A stretch of 64,000 nt of DNA from the human T2T-CHM13v2.0 reference genome, Homo sapiens, in the NCBI RefSeq assembly GCF_009914755.1, contig NC_060941.1; one strand, written 5' to 3'. The translations under genes were made by a program, and so were the position numbers. Each line of letters begins with the position of its first letter. The stretch's first letter is position 1. The notes below the pieces were generated by a model. The model worked only from the letters and a program-made list of their open reading frames with translations. It ran no database searches and was not told the DNA's origin. Positions 1-12,829 of the stretch are shown here, one piece after another.

Positions 1-56
1 TCACCTATTAAAAGAAAAGGTACTTATTAGATTTTTAAACATCAAAAACAAAACCT

Positions 57-377
<321 letters not shown>

Positions 378-467
378 CTATATAGGAGAAATACCTTAAG
401 CTTAGCTGCCCTGTGCTGCCCCTCAGGGAATGGTCCAGGATGAAGCCAAGATTAATTTAAATTAGCA

Positions 468-760
<293 letters not shown>

Positions 761-809
761 TAAATCAGCATTTTTAAGGGCGAGATCCAGGAGTTGATAT
801 ATTTTTTTT

Positions 810-1100
810 AACTCTTGAAGAGATTGCAATGTACAGTCAAGACTGAGAATCATTAATTTAAAACAGAGATTCAAAAAGGTAAGAAACAAAAGGATGGACA
901 GAGATACAGCAAGCAAATGCAAGTGACAAAAAAATCAAGGACCGTGGTATTTATATATCAGATAAATTCAAGGCAAAAAGCATTAACTGGGACACACGTT
1001 GGCTTCATAGTGACGAAAGCACCGTCCACCTCGAAGTTGTAGTGGTCATGAGCTTATTGTGTGCCAAATCACAGAGCACTGAGATCTTAGGTTGAACTGC
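810..1100 (+). mobile_element. Ancient L1 (L1M) ORF2 endonuclease-region fossil
   Basis: aaaggatggacagagatacagcaagcaaat reads [10 protein letters not shown], resembling L1 ORF2 KGWRKIYQAN; downstream SDK..FK and PN motifs are decayed. Confidence 0.6.
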
Positions 1101-1296
1101 ATGAAACTGACATTTTTATAGGTCAAAACTGATGAAATGTTGGCAAGTTCAACCTGATCAGTAAAGCAAAATATGTTCGTACTCACAGTATGCTGTAAAG
1201 TACTAACAGAGCCTGATGTAATGCAAACAATACATATATTCTGGCCCCTGTATCATATGGCTGAACTACTGTGGCATTAAAATACTTTGAAGTTCA

Positions 1297-1826
<530 letters not shown>

Positions 1827-1905
1827 CTGAGGGGACAGGGGGCAGGGAGATGAGATCCAGCCGGAGGGGCAGGCACACTGGGCCTGGAGACGGCCCCACC
1901 CCTAC

Positions 1906-1992
1906 CGTTGCTGTGGAGGAGCTCCATCTGGCAGGCCACGAAGCGCAGGTCCACGGGGAAGTGCTTCAGATGGAAGAGCAGGGCATCGTGAT
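1906..1992 (-). CDS. ASGR2: ASGR2 neck exon (87 nt)
   Basis: Acceptor tgtcctag|AT; [29 protein letters not shown]; donor AACG|GTAGGG. Confidence 0.96.
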
Positions 1993-2069
1993 CTAGGACA
2001 GACAGGCTGAAAGTGCTGCCGGCAGGTGTGGTCCCCACCTGCTAGGCTCCAGCCTGTGGCTGGGGAAGC

Positions 2070-2470
2070 ATATACACCCACAGACACGTACACCATGCAT
2101 AGACCACACCACACACCATACCACACACACACCACAGACATGTACACCACACATAGACCACACCACACACAGATCCATCACACACACACAAACACACCAA
2201 GAGACACACCACACACATCACATGCGTACACACACATATACCATACCGCACACACACAGACTCATCTCACACACACCACCACACATGCATACACACACAA
2301 CACACACATATACACCACACTACACACCACACACAGATCCATGACATATCACACCACACATACGGAGAGAGACACAGATACACATGCTTGCAGGCACACA
2401 CACGCACGCACGCACACGTGCACACTACACACACCGCACACGTACACATGCACGCACATGCGCACACACC
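2070..2470. repeat. Degenerate (CA)n low-complexity tract, intronic
   Basis: ~400 bp of imperfect cacac repeats. Confidence 0.9.
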
Positions 2471-2486
2471 CCGGAAGCTCTCTGAC

Positions 2487-2558
2487 CTGCTTTCAGGTCC
2501 TGCTGCTGTTTCTCCAGCTTGGCTCCTAGGGATGTGATCTTGTCACCCACGCTGCCTC
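2487..2558 (-). CDS. ASGR2: ASGR2 coiled-coil neck exon (72 nt)
   Basis: Acceptor ttccag|GA; GGSVGDKITSLGAKLEKQQQDLKA; donor GCAG|GTCAGA. Confidence 0.96.
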
Positions 2559-3112
2559 CTGGAAGCGGAAAGCCAGCTGTTTCCCCGCTGAGCCTCCCTC
2601 CGTCCTCATGCTGCTGGGGGACCGGGGGCCAGCGCCTCGTCCTGGGCGATGCAGGCGTCCACCTCCTGGCTTCCTGGACCACACCCAGGCTCCCTGCACT
2701 GCCACAGTGGCTCAGGCCACTCTCCTGCTTCAGTCCCTTCAATGGGTCCCCATTTTCTCAAAATAAAGCCTCGCTCTGTCAGCACAGCTCACCTGCGTGG
2801 CCGGGCCCCTCCCCACCTCTCTCTGGCCACCCCTTACCTGCCTGCCCCTCCGATGGGCCTGCCACACTCGATTTGCTCACAGGCCCAAGACATGGTGCCT
2901 TCCTCACCTCCGGGTGTCGCAGATCCAACCTCTCCACCTGGCACTAACCTCGTCCGTCCCCACCTGCCTCCCTCCTATACATCCCCCAGGGCCCCTGGAC
3001 GCCTTGCCCAGCCTGCACCCCCACGGCACCCCACACAGCCCTGTTGCAGACTCAGCACTGAGCCCAGCAAACCTGTGCGGATAAATGAGAACCCAGCCGT
3101 CCAGCCCCTCAC

Positions 3113-3208
3113 CGTGGGTGCTGATTGCCTGGACCTCCGTCAGGGTGCTCGAGGAGAAGTTGCTGAAAGCTTCCTTCAGGCTCCGCAGCTCGGCTTGCAG
3201 CTGTGCAC
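3113..3208 (-). CDS. ASGR2: ASGR2 stalk exon (96 nt)
   Basis: Acceptor ...gacaag|GT; AQLQAELRSLKEAFSNFSSSTLTEVQAISTH; donor CACG|GTGAGG; contains the NFS sequon. Confidence 0.96.
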
Positions 3209-3407
3209 CTTGTCAGGTGGTAGTGGGGGCAGGATGAGGCAGAGGGGCCGTGTCCCCATCACTGTCCATGTGACTGGCCCCTCAATGTCCCCGCATTTGC
3301 CCCAGCTTGTGCTCCACCCCGCCTCCATCCCTTCCCCTCCCATCGCCCCGATCGCTGCCCGCCACTGCCCATGTCTCTTTCCCTACCCCTTGCCCATCCC
3401 TGCTGGC

Positions 3408-3539
3408 CCCCGTGACCCTCACTTTGGGACCCAGTCACACAGATGACCACCAGCAGCAGGATGTTGAAGCTCAGGGCAAGCAGACTGAAGCAGACCATGG
3501 AGCAGAGACGCTGTGCCAGGGGCTGGGCAGGAGGTGGCC
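3408..3539 (-). CDS. ASGR2: ASGR2 transmembrane exon (117 nt form ends at 3423; 132 nt H2a form ends at 3408)
   Basis: Acceptor ctctcccacag|GG; [40 protein letters not shown](EGHGG); canonical donor CAAA|GTGAGG at 3422. Confidence 0.95.
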
Positions 3540-3697
3540 CTGTGGGAGAGGGGCATCAGGAGCCGGCAGCCTGGGTGTGGGGAGCCGGAGGGTAAAGACA
3601 GGGCACCGAAGCCTGAGGAGGCATAACCTGGGCGGGGGGATTGGTTGGGGCCATGGGGGGGGGTCATCATAGGCTTTGACCCCAGCATTTGAGCATT

Positions 3698-3810
3698 ACA
3701 CACACACTCTTACACACTCGCACCCATATTACCATGTATAAATATACACACGCAGCTAATCTGGTGCACACACACCCATGCACACGACTCAGGATATTCA
3801 CATCAGCTGT
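3698..3810. repeat. Degenerate (CA)n tract, intronic
   Basis: acacacac-rich stretch. Confidence 0.7.
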
Positions 3811-4309
3811 GTGCAAAGCCCGGATCCTGGAGCTGGGGGACTGGGAGACGCACAGGGGGCGGGGGGGCAGACCCGGCCCTGCCTAGGCACACATCCTGAG
3901 AAGGGGGATCTGTGAATGGTTTTCCTCCCATCCAGCCAGTGGCAGAGGCCTCCAGATCACCTCGGGCCTTAGTCTCAGCTCTTCTAAGGCTCCTGTCCCC
4001 TCAGATTGGAGACTCCAGAAGCTGGGCCCTGTGTTCTTCCTAAAATCCATACTGGAACAGTCCCTCCCCTGCCAAAATTCCATTGAGATCCTTAAATCTG
4101 GGTCATTCCACCATAGCCCACTCTCCAAGCACAACCCTCCAGGTCCCACCTGTTGTCCTCATCCCCCACCACGCAAGGCCTCCTCCCCAGCGCCCTTTGC
4201 CCTCGCTTCCCTAGAAACCTCGTTCCACACTAAATTTGCTCCCCTCAGCCCGAGGTCATCTCACAGGTACCTCTCCTGCCCCTTGATCCATCTGCACCCT
4301 GACAGCACT

Positions 4310-4535
4310 GACACACACATTCACATGCCCTCACAAACTCACACACACTCACACACTCACACATTGCTCACTTCACTCAAAAACACACATTTGCACACAC
4401 TCATGACCACGCTCTGCTGTACCCACTCTCACATGTGCATATGCATGCTAATGCACACATTCATACTCCCTCCCACACACACACACCTGACACACCCACA
4501 CACGTACACTCACACACCCACGTCTTCCTGCACAC
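4310..4535. repeat. Degenerate (CA)n tract, intronic
   Basis: acacacac/actcacac-rich stretch. Confidence 0.8.
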
Positions 4536-5199
4536 AGAGCTGGGCTCCCTCTCTGCTGCCTCCAGACCCAGAGCAGCTCCAGTTGTCCCAGCCCTGAGCT
4601 CCTCTCTTTGCAGCATCCACCTGCAAACAGAACACCTTCTAGGCCTTGGACCCTGACTCTGTGGACTTCCTTGTCTTCTCATTCCTATCACCCCCCAACC
4701 CAGCAGGACCACATCCTGGGGAGGCTCAGTCAGGGGCCCAGAATCTTCCTCCCCAGGTCACTTCCTGCCACTGTCCTGAGTCAGACACTGCCCCTGTAAG
4801 TGACTGTCCATAACTCTTCATCTTTTTCACACCAGTGACTTCCACCTTCCCCACTGCAGCCACACTCAGGACCCCATTTGACCCAGGGAGGCCTCTGACA
4901 CCTCCACTGCCCACTCCCGCTCTGAGCACAGCCCCACCCTCCCTCTCACTGCCCCCACCCCTTCCTCCAAGGCCTTTGCATTCCTCTCCATCCAGAAGCG
5001 CTCCATGACCACGGTGTTCCCCACCAAGCTGGCCCTCCATGGCTGAGTCCCTGACTGCTGTCTTCAGCACCCTCCACTCAGAGGGTCCTGTCCTGCTTCC
5101 CAGTCCGACTTATCAACTCCCAATGCTGGGTCAGCCCAGCAACATGTCTGTATATCCACCCTGAAACCAGACTGCCCACAGGGTAGCCCAGCTGTGCCT

Positions 5200-5345
5200 C
5201 CAGGTAGCTCTGAGATCATGCACCAGCATTCAATTTCTCCATGCTTCCATTTTCTCGTGTGTAAAATGGAGATCACAGTCGTAGCTACCCGATTGGATTG
5301 CTCGGATAATTAGATGAGTTAAAATATGTAATGTGCTTCTTAGGC
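5200..5345 (+). mobile_element. MIR fragment
   Basis: ttttctcgtgtgtaaaatggagat...attagatgagttaaaatatgtaatgtgctt resembles the MIR core. Confidence 0.65.
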
Positions 5346-6025
5346 AAAAGTTTGAACATAAAAGACAGGGTCTGCCCAAGATGGGAAGAGTTCTTCTCTC
5401 CCCAGAAACAATCAAAACAAAAACAGACAACTATAGAACATGGCAGCTTTCAAGACTCTGGACATCAGGCAAGGAGGAGTAAAGATCCCTGAGGGATAAG
5501 AAGCAAACAACAGGAACCCTCCAATCACCCCAGCTTACTGTTTGGAGAGAGTCTGCAGGTTACAGGACAGGAAAGGGAAGTCCAGGCAGAGCCCAAGAGA
5601 CTCCCCACGTTGAGGAGATGGAGCTGAGAGTCCGAGGAGACCAAAACAATTAAGAGTTCAAACGATCAAACTGACTCTAAGTTGCTTAACTGCATCCCAG
5701 AGCAAAGCTCAAGAACATTTAGAGGAATACAAAAATATCCAGCACCCAACAAGGTGAAATTGACAATGTCTGGCAGCCAATCAAAGATTACAAGGCATGC
5801 AATGAAACGGGAAAACACAATGCATAACGAGGAGGTTCATAAATATCAAAAGAGATCCAGAACTGACACGGATGCTAGAATTAGCAGGCAAGGATGGTAA
5901 AACAGATATTATAGCCATATCCCATTATGTTCAAAAAATTAAGTAGAATTGTGGAGGATATTTAAGAGTCCCCAGGTGAACTTCTAGAGATAAAAACTAC
6001 AATGTCTGAAATGAAAAAACACACT

Positions 6026-6684
<659 letters not shown>

Positions 6685-7025
6685 GAGAGAGAGAGAGGGG
6701 AGGGGAAGCGAGGGAAGGAAAGGAGGGGAGGGGAGGGGGAGAGGGGAGGGGGGAGAGGGATGGAGGGGGAGGGGCAGGGGAGGGGGAGGAGGGAGAGGGA
6801 GGGATGGGGAGGGGAGGGGGAGGAGGGAGAGGGAGGGATGGGGAGGGGAGGGGGAGGAGAGGAGGAAGGGAGAGGGGGAGGGGGAGGGAGAGGGAAGGGG
6901 AGGGGGAGGGGGAGGGGGAGGGAGAGGGGGAGGGGAGAGGGAGGGGAGGGAGAGGGAGGGGGAGTGCGAGGGGAGGGGGAGGGGAGAGGGAGGGGGAGGG
7001 AGAGGGGAGGGGGAGGGGAAGGGGA
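6685..7025. repeat. Polypurine (GGGGA/GGAGAG)n tract, ~340 bp
   Basis: Almost exclusively G/A on + strand, directly after an Alu body. Confidence 0.92.
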
Positions 7026-7434
7026 AAATTTTAGTTAACTTAATGAACAGCAATAACTCTATAAAATGAAACACTGGGAGAAAAAAGAATTAAAAAATGG
7101 AAAGAGAATGAGTGAGCTGTGGGACCCTTAATACATGCATAATTGAAGTCTTTAAAAGAAAAAGGGGTAGCAGAAAAAAATCAAGTGCTGAGACAAGTGG
7201 AAGATGGGCCCCGGTGAGCAGCTGATCAGTGTCAGCTCCCATGATGACGTTCCCCCAGCCCCCACCACCCGGGCTGCTGGAGGGAAATGCGGTGACTTTG
7301 CTACATCCCTTCAGACGGTCCCTCACTGGTGTCCCTCAGCCCATTCGCGTGAGCTCACTTTCCCATTAATTTCAGAAATCCTGGCCTCTCTCCAAGCCTC
7401 CTGCTCAAACTCTAAATTCTGTCACCCTCAGAAG

Positions 7435-7560
7435 ATTCAGCAGCATCCCGTATTCTCTCTGAGTGTTCACTATGTACCGGGTGCCGTGTGGGCACTGGAG
7501 TTGCAGAGGAGAGTGAGGCGGACAGGGCCTCTGCCTGTGGGGACACCGCCTGGTGGGAAG
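7435..7560 (-). mobile_element. L2 3' fragment
   Basis: attcagcag...tgagtgttcactatgtaccgggtgccgtg resembles the reverse L2 3' end. Confidence 0.5.
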
Positions 7561-7880
7561 TCCAGCCAGCCCCCTACAGAGAGAGGAGATGCTACTGGTG
7601 TTCCTGAGTGGTCCTCGGGAGGGACCTCCTATCCCTCCTGTCCCCTGCCCTGCCCTGCCCAGCACCGGCCCTCCCTCGGTTGGCCAGCCTCAGGAATGAG
7701 GAGTCCCTCATTCCAGCCCAGCTAACCAATCCCCTTCCTAAGCTCCAAGCCCCTGCTCCTCCTGCCTCCATGGAACCCGGCTCCACCACCAGCACCCACA
7801 CACCTGACACTCCTCCATTCCTGGCTCTTGCCCTTCTGCCTAGAACTGCTCAGATCTCTCTCACCTTAAAATCTTTTCCC

Positions 7881-8069
7881 ACCAGCCTGGGCAACATAGC
7901 AAGACCCCATTTCTCTAAAAAATTTTTTTTAATTTGCCAGGCACAGTGGTGCACACCTGTAAGTCCTAACTACTTGGGAGGCTGAGGTGGGAGGATGGCT
8001 TGAGCCCAGGAGTTCAAGGTTGCAGTGAGCTATGATCCTGCCACTACACTCCTGTCTCTAAAAAAAAAA
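7881..8069 (+). mobile_element. Partial Alu (AluJ-like)
   Basis: 5'-truncated Alu with poly-A. Confidence 0.85.
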
Positions 8070-8208
8070 TGTCCAAGATACTTAGGTCCTTCAGTCAAGA
8101 TTTATTACAGAAGGATCCAGGGAAGGGTCTTGGGAGATGAGAGGAGCAGGGATCTTCCAGGATCTCTCTGTGCTCACGTCCCCCACCCATCCCAACTCAC
8201 CCCACCTC

Positions 8209-8790
8209 TACACACACACACACACACACACACAATCACATACACACACTAACACACACACTCACGCAACACACTCACACACACAACATACATAACACAC
8301 TCACAACATACACACACAACACACACACTCGCACAACATACACACACGCACAACATACACAACACTCACACAACACACAAACATACATACACTCACACAA
8401 TACACACACAACACACACACAACATACACAACGTACACACACACAACATACACACACTCATACACAACATACACACTCACACACAACATACACACAACAT
8501 ACACACACTCACATACACAACATACACTCGCACAACATACACACATGCACAAGATACACACACAACACACAACATACACTCACACACAAGTTACACACAA
8601 CATATACTCACACAACATACACACACAACACACTCTCACACACAACATACCCTCTCACATACACGACATACACACAACATATGCACGCTCTCGCGCACAT
8701 ATACACACACACAACATTCACTCACACACACACACACAGAGTCCCAGCTGAATCTGCATTCCTCATATGCACATACGTGCACACGCACAT
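8209..8790. repeat. (CA)n microsatellite plus ACACAACATACAC-type minisatellite
   Basis: Pure (CA) run at ~8209-8234, then repeated cacaacatacacac units. Confidence 0.9.
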
Positions 8791-9040
8791 ATGGGGCACA
8801 TGTGTTCTTGGGTTGGGAGGAGAAGGGCAGGCAGTTATCTTCCAGATCTCCCCACACCTCTGGCACATGCCTTTCCTGGGGTCCTGGGGTAGACAGGAAG
8901 GTGAGGTGAGGGAACAAGCGGGGGTGTCGGGCCCTCCTCAGTCCCTGTTCACAGGGTGGGTGCGGCAGAGACCTCAAAGGGACAGAGCAATCATGAGCTG
9001 AGACAGAGGGGGAGCAAAGCCGCAAAAACTGCACACTTGC

Positions 9041-9164
9041 CTTTCAAAAATGGATTTCCTCTCCTGGGATTCAGCCTGCGAGTGCCTGGCCCCTCACCTT
9101 GATGGAAAGGATGGTCATTTTCCTCCGAGCTCAGCTGCTGGATATCTTGAAAGTCCTTGGCCAT
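9041..9164 (-). CDS. ASGR2: ASGR2 first coding exon, cytoplasmic tail (long form 124 nt; short form ends at 9098)
   Basis: ATG at 9164 in context CCCATCATGG; MAKDFQDIQQLSSEENDHPFHQ-G-EGPGTRRLNPRRGNPFLK; donors AAG|GTGAGG (9097) and AAG|GCAAGT (9040), both phase 1. Confidence 0.96.
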
Positions 9165-9171
9165 GATGGGG

Positions 9172-9240
9172 CCCGGGCTGGAGCTGGAGCTGGAGCTGGG
9201 CTGGGCTGGGCTGAGGTTGCTCTGAGGGCTGGGGCTGGGG
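9172..9240 (-). repeat. (CCCAG)/(CTCCAG) short tandem repeats upstream of the ASGR2 ATG
   Basis: gctggagctggagctggagctgggctgggctgggctg...gggctggggctgggg on + strand. Confidence 0.75.
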
Positions 9241-9538
9241 CAGAGGTGCAGATTCACGTGGAGGTTGATGGTGGGATGGAACGCAGGGTCGGAGGGGTTC
9301 GGGGTGGTGGCCTGGGTAGGATCTGAGGTTGGCAGGGCGTTTGGGATGAGGTTTGAAATCCCGCTGGGTCCTTTCCCTTCTCAGGAGACCGCTTGGGCCT
9401 TGACCTGGCCAGGAGACCCCTCCCCACGCTCATGGACCAGACGACCCACAGTTTCCCATGGGGTCCTCCCCATCCCTGAACCAAGGCCTCCTTGTTCCCA
9501 AGCATCCTCGTCCCAGTTGCCTCCCCAGCCTCAGTTAC

Positions 9539-9730
9539 CTGTGAAAGGTGTGGAGAGCGGACACCTGGCTCCCGCAGGCAACCCTGGCCTTGGCCAAGGA
9601 GGGGTTAAAGCCAGGAGAACTGGGGCAGGTGGAGCTCACAGGGGAGAGGAGAGTGGAGGAGGGGCTGGTCCGGGCAAGGCCTGCACTGGAGGGTCTGAGT
9701 GTCCAAGCTCTAACCTGGCACCTCCTGGCC
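9539..9730 (-). other. ASGR2: Probable non-coding exon 1 of ASGR2
   Basis: Strong donor CACAG|GTAACT at 9538, ~370 nt upstream of the ATG and just downstream of hepatic TF motifs; 5' limit is an estimate. Confidence 0.6.
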
Positions 9731-9731
9731 T

Positions 9732-9751
9732 GGGACTTTGGACAGTAAACA
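9732..9751. promoter_or_regulatory. Adjacent HNF4-like DR1 and FOXA (HNF3) motifs in the ASGR2 proximal promoter
   Basis: gggactttggaca (reverse complement TGTCCAAAGTCCC, close to HNF4A CAAAGTCCA) directly abutting GTAAACA (forkhead core); ASGR2 is hepatocyte-expressed. Confidence 0.55.
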
Positions 9752-10319
9752 GAAGAGGAAACAGAGCTGTAACTCATTTGTGGGGTGGGGGCAGGGGACG
9801 GGGCTATCTCTGTTCTTATTCCCAGACAGGGGGGTCCCCTGGGCTGCGCTCAACTCCACACGCCTCACCCCACTCATTGCACCATTTGGAAGGGGTGCCA
9901 GGCCAGGAGGGGCTGGGGTGCAGTTTGCCGTTTCCCTCTCTCCCTCCCCCTCTCACTTCCTGCCTCCGAATTTACCAGAACTGTGGGTGTCTCCAAATAT
10001 CCCTGACCAGGATCACAGCGACCAGTTCTCTACTCTTGCCCAATCCTGCATCTGAACCACAGACCCCAGCTTCCTGTGGGCTCGGCCACCAGACTCTCAG
10101 CTCTGGCCCAACTCGCTTCACTCTCCTGGAGAGTAAAGGCTCTCAAATCCAGAAGCTTCAGCAGGAGGAGGAAGGGGCTTTGCAGAAAAACAGCTCTCCT
10201 CGCAGGAGGAATCCAACCTCAGAGAGCCCTGTCCGGCCCAGACCCTGCCCCAGCCCAGGCAACACAAACACTGTCCTCAGGCCCAGCCACTGCCCTAAAT
10301 TCTCCAAGGTGTTTCTTCA

Positions 10320-10440
10320 TTTATCACAGCACAACACCCCCACGAGGCAGGACTTCTGTTACTCCCATTTCACAGGGTTCGGAAGCGGAGCCTCAGAGAG
10401 ATGAGGCAACTTGCTCTAGGTGGTGGCCCAGGTGAGTAGA
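10320..10440 (-). mobile_element. MIR fragment
   Basis: cccatttcacag...gcctcagagagatgaggcaacttgctctagg. Confidence 0.6.
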
Positions 10441-10485
10441 GAAACTGGCAAAGCAAAATGGAGTAAAGAGGGGAAAATAACATCA

Positions 10486-10830
<345 letters not shown>

Positions 10831-11224
10831 CTACGAGGAAGACTGGCTTCCATGAAGCAAGGAACGTGGCTGACTGTCTACACTTGCGCTAACAGTAGCT
10901 CGGGAAAGAAAACACAGTTTTTGTGCATGATTTTCTGACCCTCACCAAACTTGGGCGGATGGCTACGGGCAGGGTTTCTTATAAAGCTGCTCGTTTCCCC
11001 GGGTGCCGAAAAGGAATTCAAACAGAGGCCTTTTCTGTTCTTGTAACTTGCTGACCCACATGGGAAGTAGCCACCCCCCCAGTACCCTGACATTCCCACC
11101 CAGCCACCAGGCAGCAGCAGCCGCTGGGCTCTCTGACTGCAGCCCACAGCGAGAGACGAATTTCATGCTGTGATCCAGAACATACACACAAGCACCCGCA
11201 CACACAGGTGCATTTGTATGTGTT

Positions 11225-11300
11225 ACTTTCTCCTGGATCCCCAGTGCCTGCCACACAGTAGCTGCTCAACAAGTATCTACTGAGTGAGTGAGTGAATAGA
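11225..11300 (+). mobile_element. L2 3' end
   Basis: ccccagtgcctgccacacagtagctgctcaacaagtatctactgagtgagtgagtgaat. Confidence 0.6.
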
Positions 11301-11709
11301 ATAATGCGTTTGGAAATACACGGTTGACACTAAAGTTTGATGGGACAATGCTCACCTTACTACGTGCCTTCTGTTGAGTTTCCCAGTCCATTAATGGGTC
11401 ACAACTCAAAGTCTGAACAACACTGCTGTGAAGCCCCCATCTTAAGGGGCATGTGGATTTAGTCCTGAGATACAGGTAAGAGCTTCACAGATGGATTGTC
11501 TACTGCATGTCAAGCTTTGCCAACTGCCAACCAGGGATGGGGCCATCCTCATTGGCCACCCCTCTTGACTGAACCAATTCCACGTTTCAGGGCTTGTCAC
11601 TTACACCCCCACTCACGGCACTACAGGGAGAGAAGGGACAGAGAAAGCCAGACTCATCTGCGTCCTTCTCTTTCTCCCTATTTGAAAATCATTTTAACTT
11701 AGAAGTTAA

Positions 11710-12160
<451 letters not shown>

Positions 12161-12299
12161 TGACACTAGGTCTTCCTCAGAGGTCTGAGCTAAACCTTTG
12201 TCCTGTTTCGTTCTTCCCTAGCTCCCATCCTGTTTCCCCTCACTAATTCTATACTCTCTACTCTCTATAGGCAGCCAGAAGTCTGAGTGCCCTGACAGT

Positions 12300-12826
12300 C
12301 CCCACAGATGGTGCCCATCAATTTCTCCCCTCACCACATGTGCAAGTCACACCACTCAGCCAGGGGTAGAGTCTGTTTCCCCTCCCCTTGAGTCTGGGCT
12401 GGCCCTGTGACTTGCCTTGACCAACAGAAAGCACTAGAAATGACACTCTGCCAGTTCTGGGCCTGGACCTCAAGAAACCTGGTAGCTTCAGTTTTCAATC
12501 TTGGAAGTCAGTCACCATGCTATGAGGAAGTCCAACTATCCTGCCAGAGAGAGTCCTGGGGGATAAGACAGCACATGGAGAGAGAAAGAGGCCACACAGA
12601 GGTGCACTGAGGCCCCAGACATGTGAGCAAAGTCTTCTGGGAGTTTCCAGGGCAGCCCAGTCACCAGCTGATTGTATCCAAGTGTTTCACTCCAACCAAT
12701 ACCCCGTGGACCGCCCAGCCTAGCCCTGCCCAAATTTCTGACCCAGAGAATCTTAAGAAAAAACAGTTGGTTTAAGCCACTGGAGCTTTGGGGTGGTTTA
12801 TTATGCATCGGTAGATAGCTGAAACA
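12300..12826 (+). mobile_element. MaLR LTR (MLT1 family)
   Basis: ccccttgagtctgggctggccctgtgacttgccttgaccaacagaa...ttaagccactggagctttggggtggtttattatgca...gctgaaaca. Confidence 0.75.
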
Positions 12827-12829
12827 ATA

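Noticed and set aside
1902-2529. His/Thr-rich and Cys/Val-rich ORFs (also 4031-4597 and 8275-8751)
   Set aside because: Translations of (CA)n/(TG)n tracts, not metal-binding proteins
2649-3446. 265-aa + strand ORF and overlapping ORFs
   Set aside because: Antisense shadow of ASGR2 exons and C-rich introns; proline-rich with no domain
8991-9257. 31-aa N-terminal extension of ASGR2
   Set aside because: Starts at GTG in sequence that is probably intronic; the extension is the translated CCCAG repeat; the ATG at 9164 has strong context
9265-10404. 379-aa + strand ORF antisense to the ASGR2 promoter and exon 1
   Set aside because: Non-ATG first codon, G/P/S-rich composition expected from GC-rich DNA, ends in a MIR, no recognisable domain
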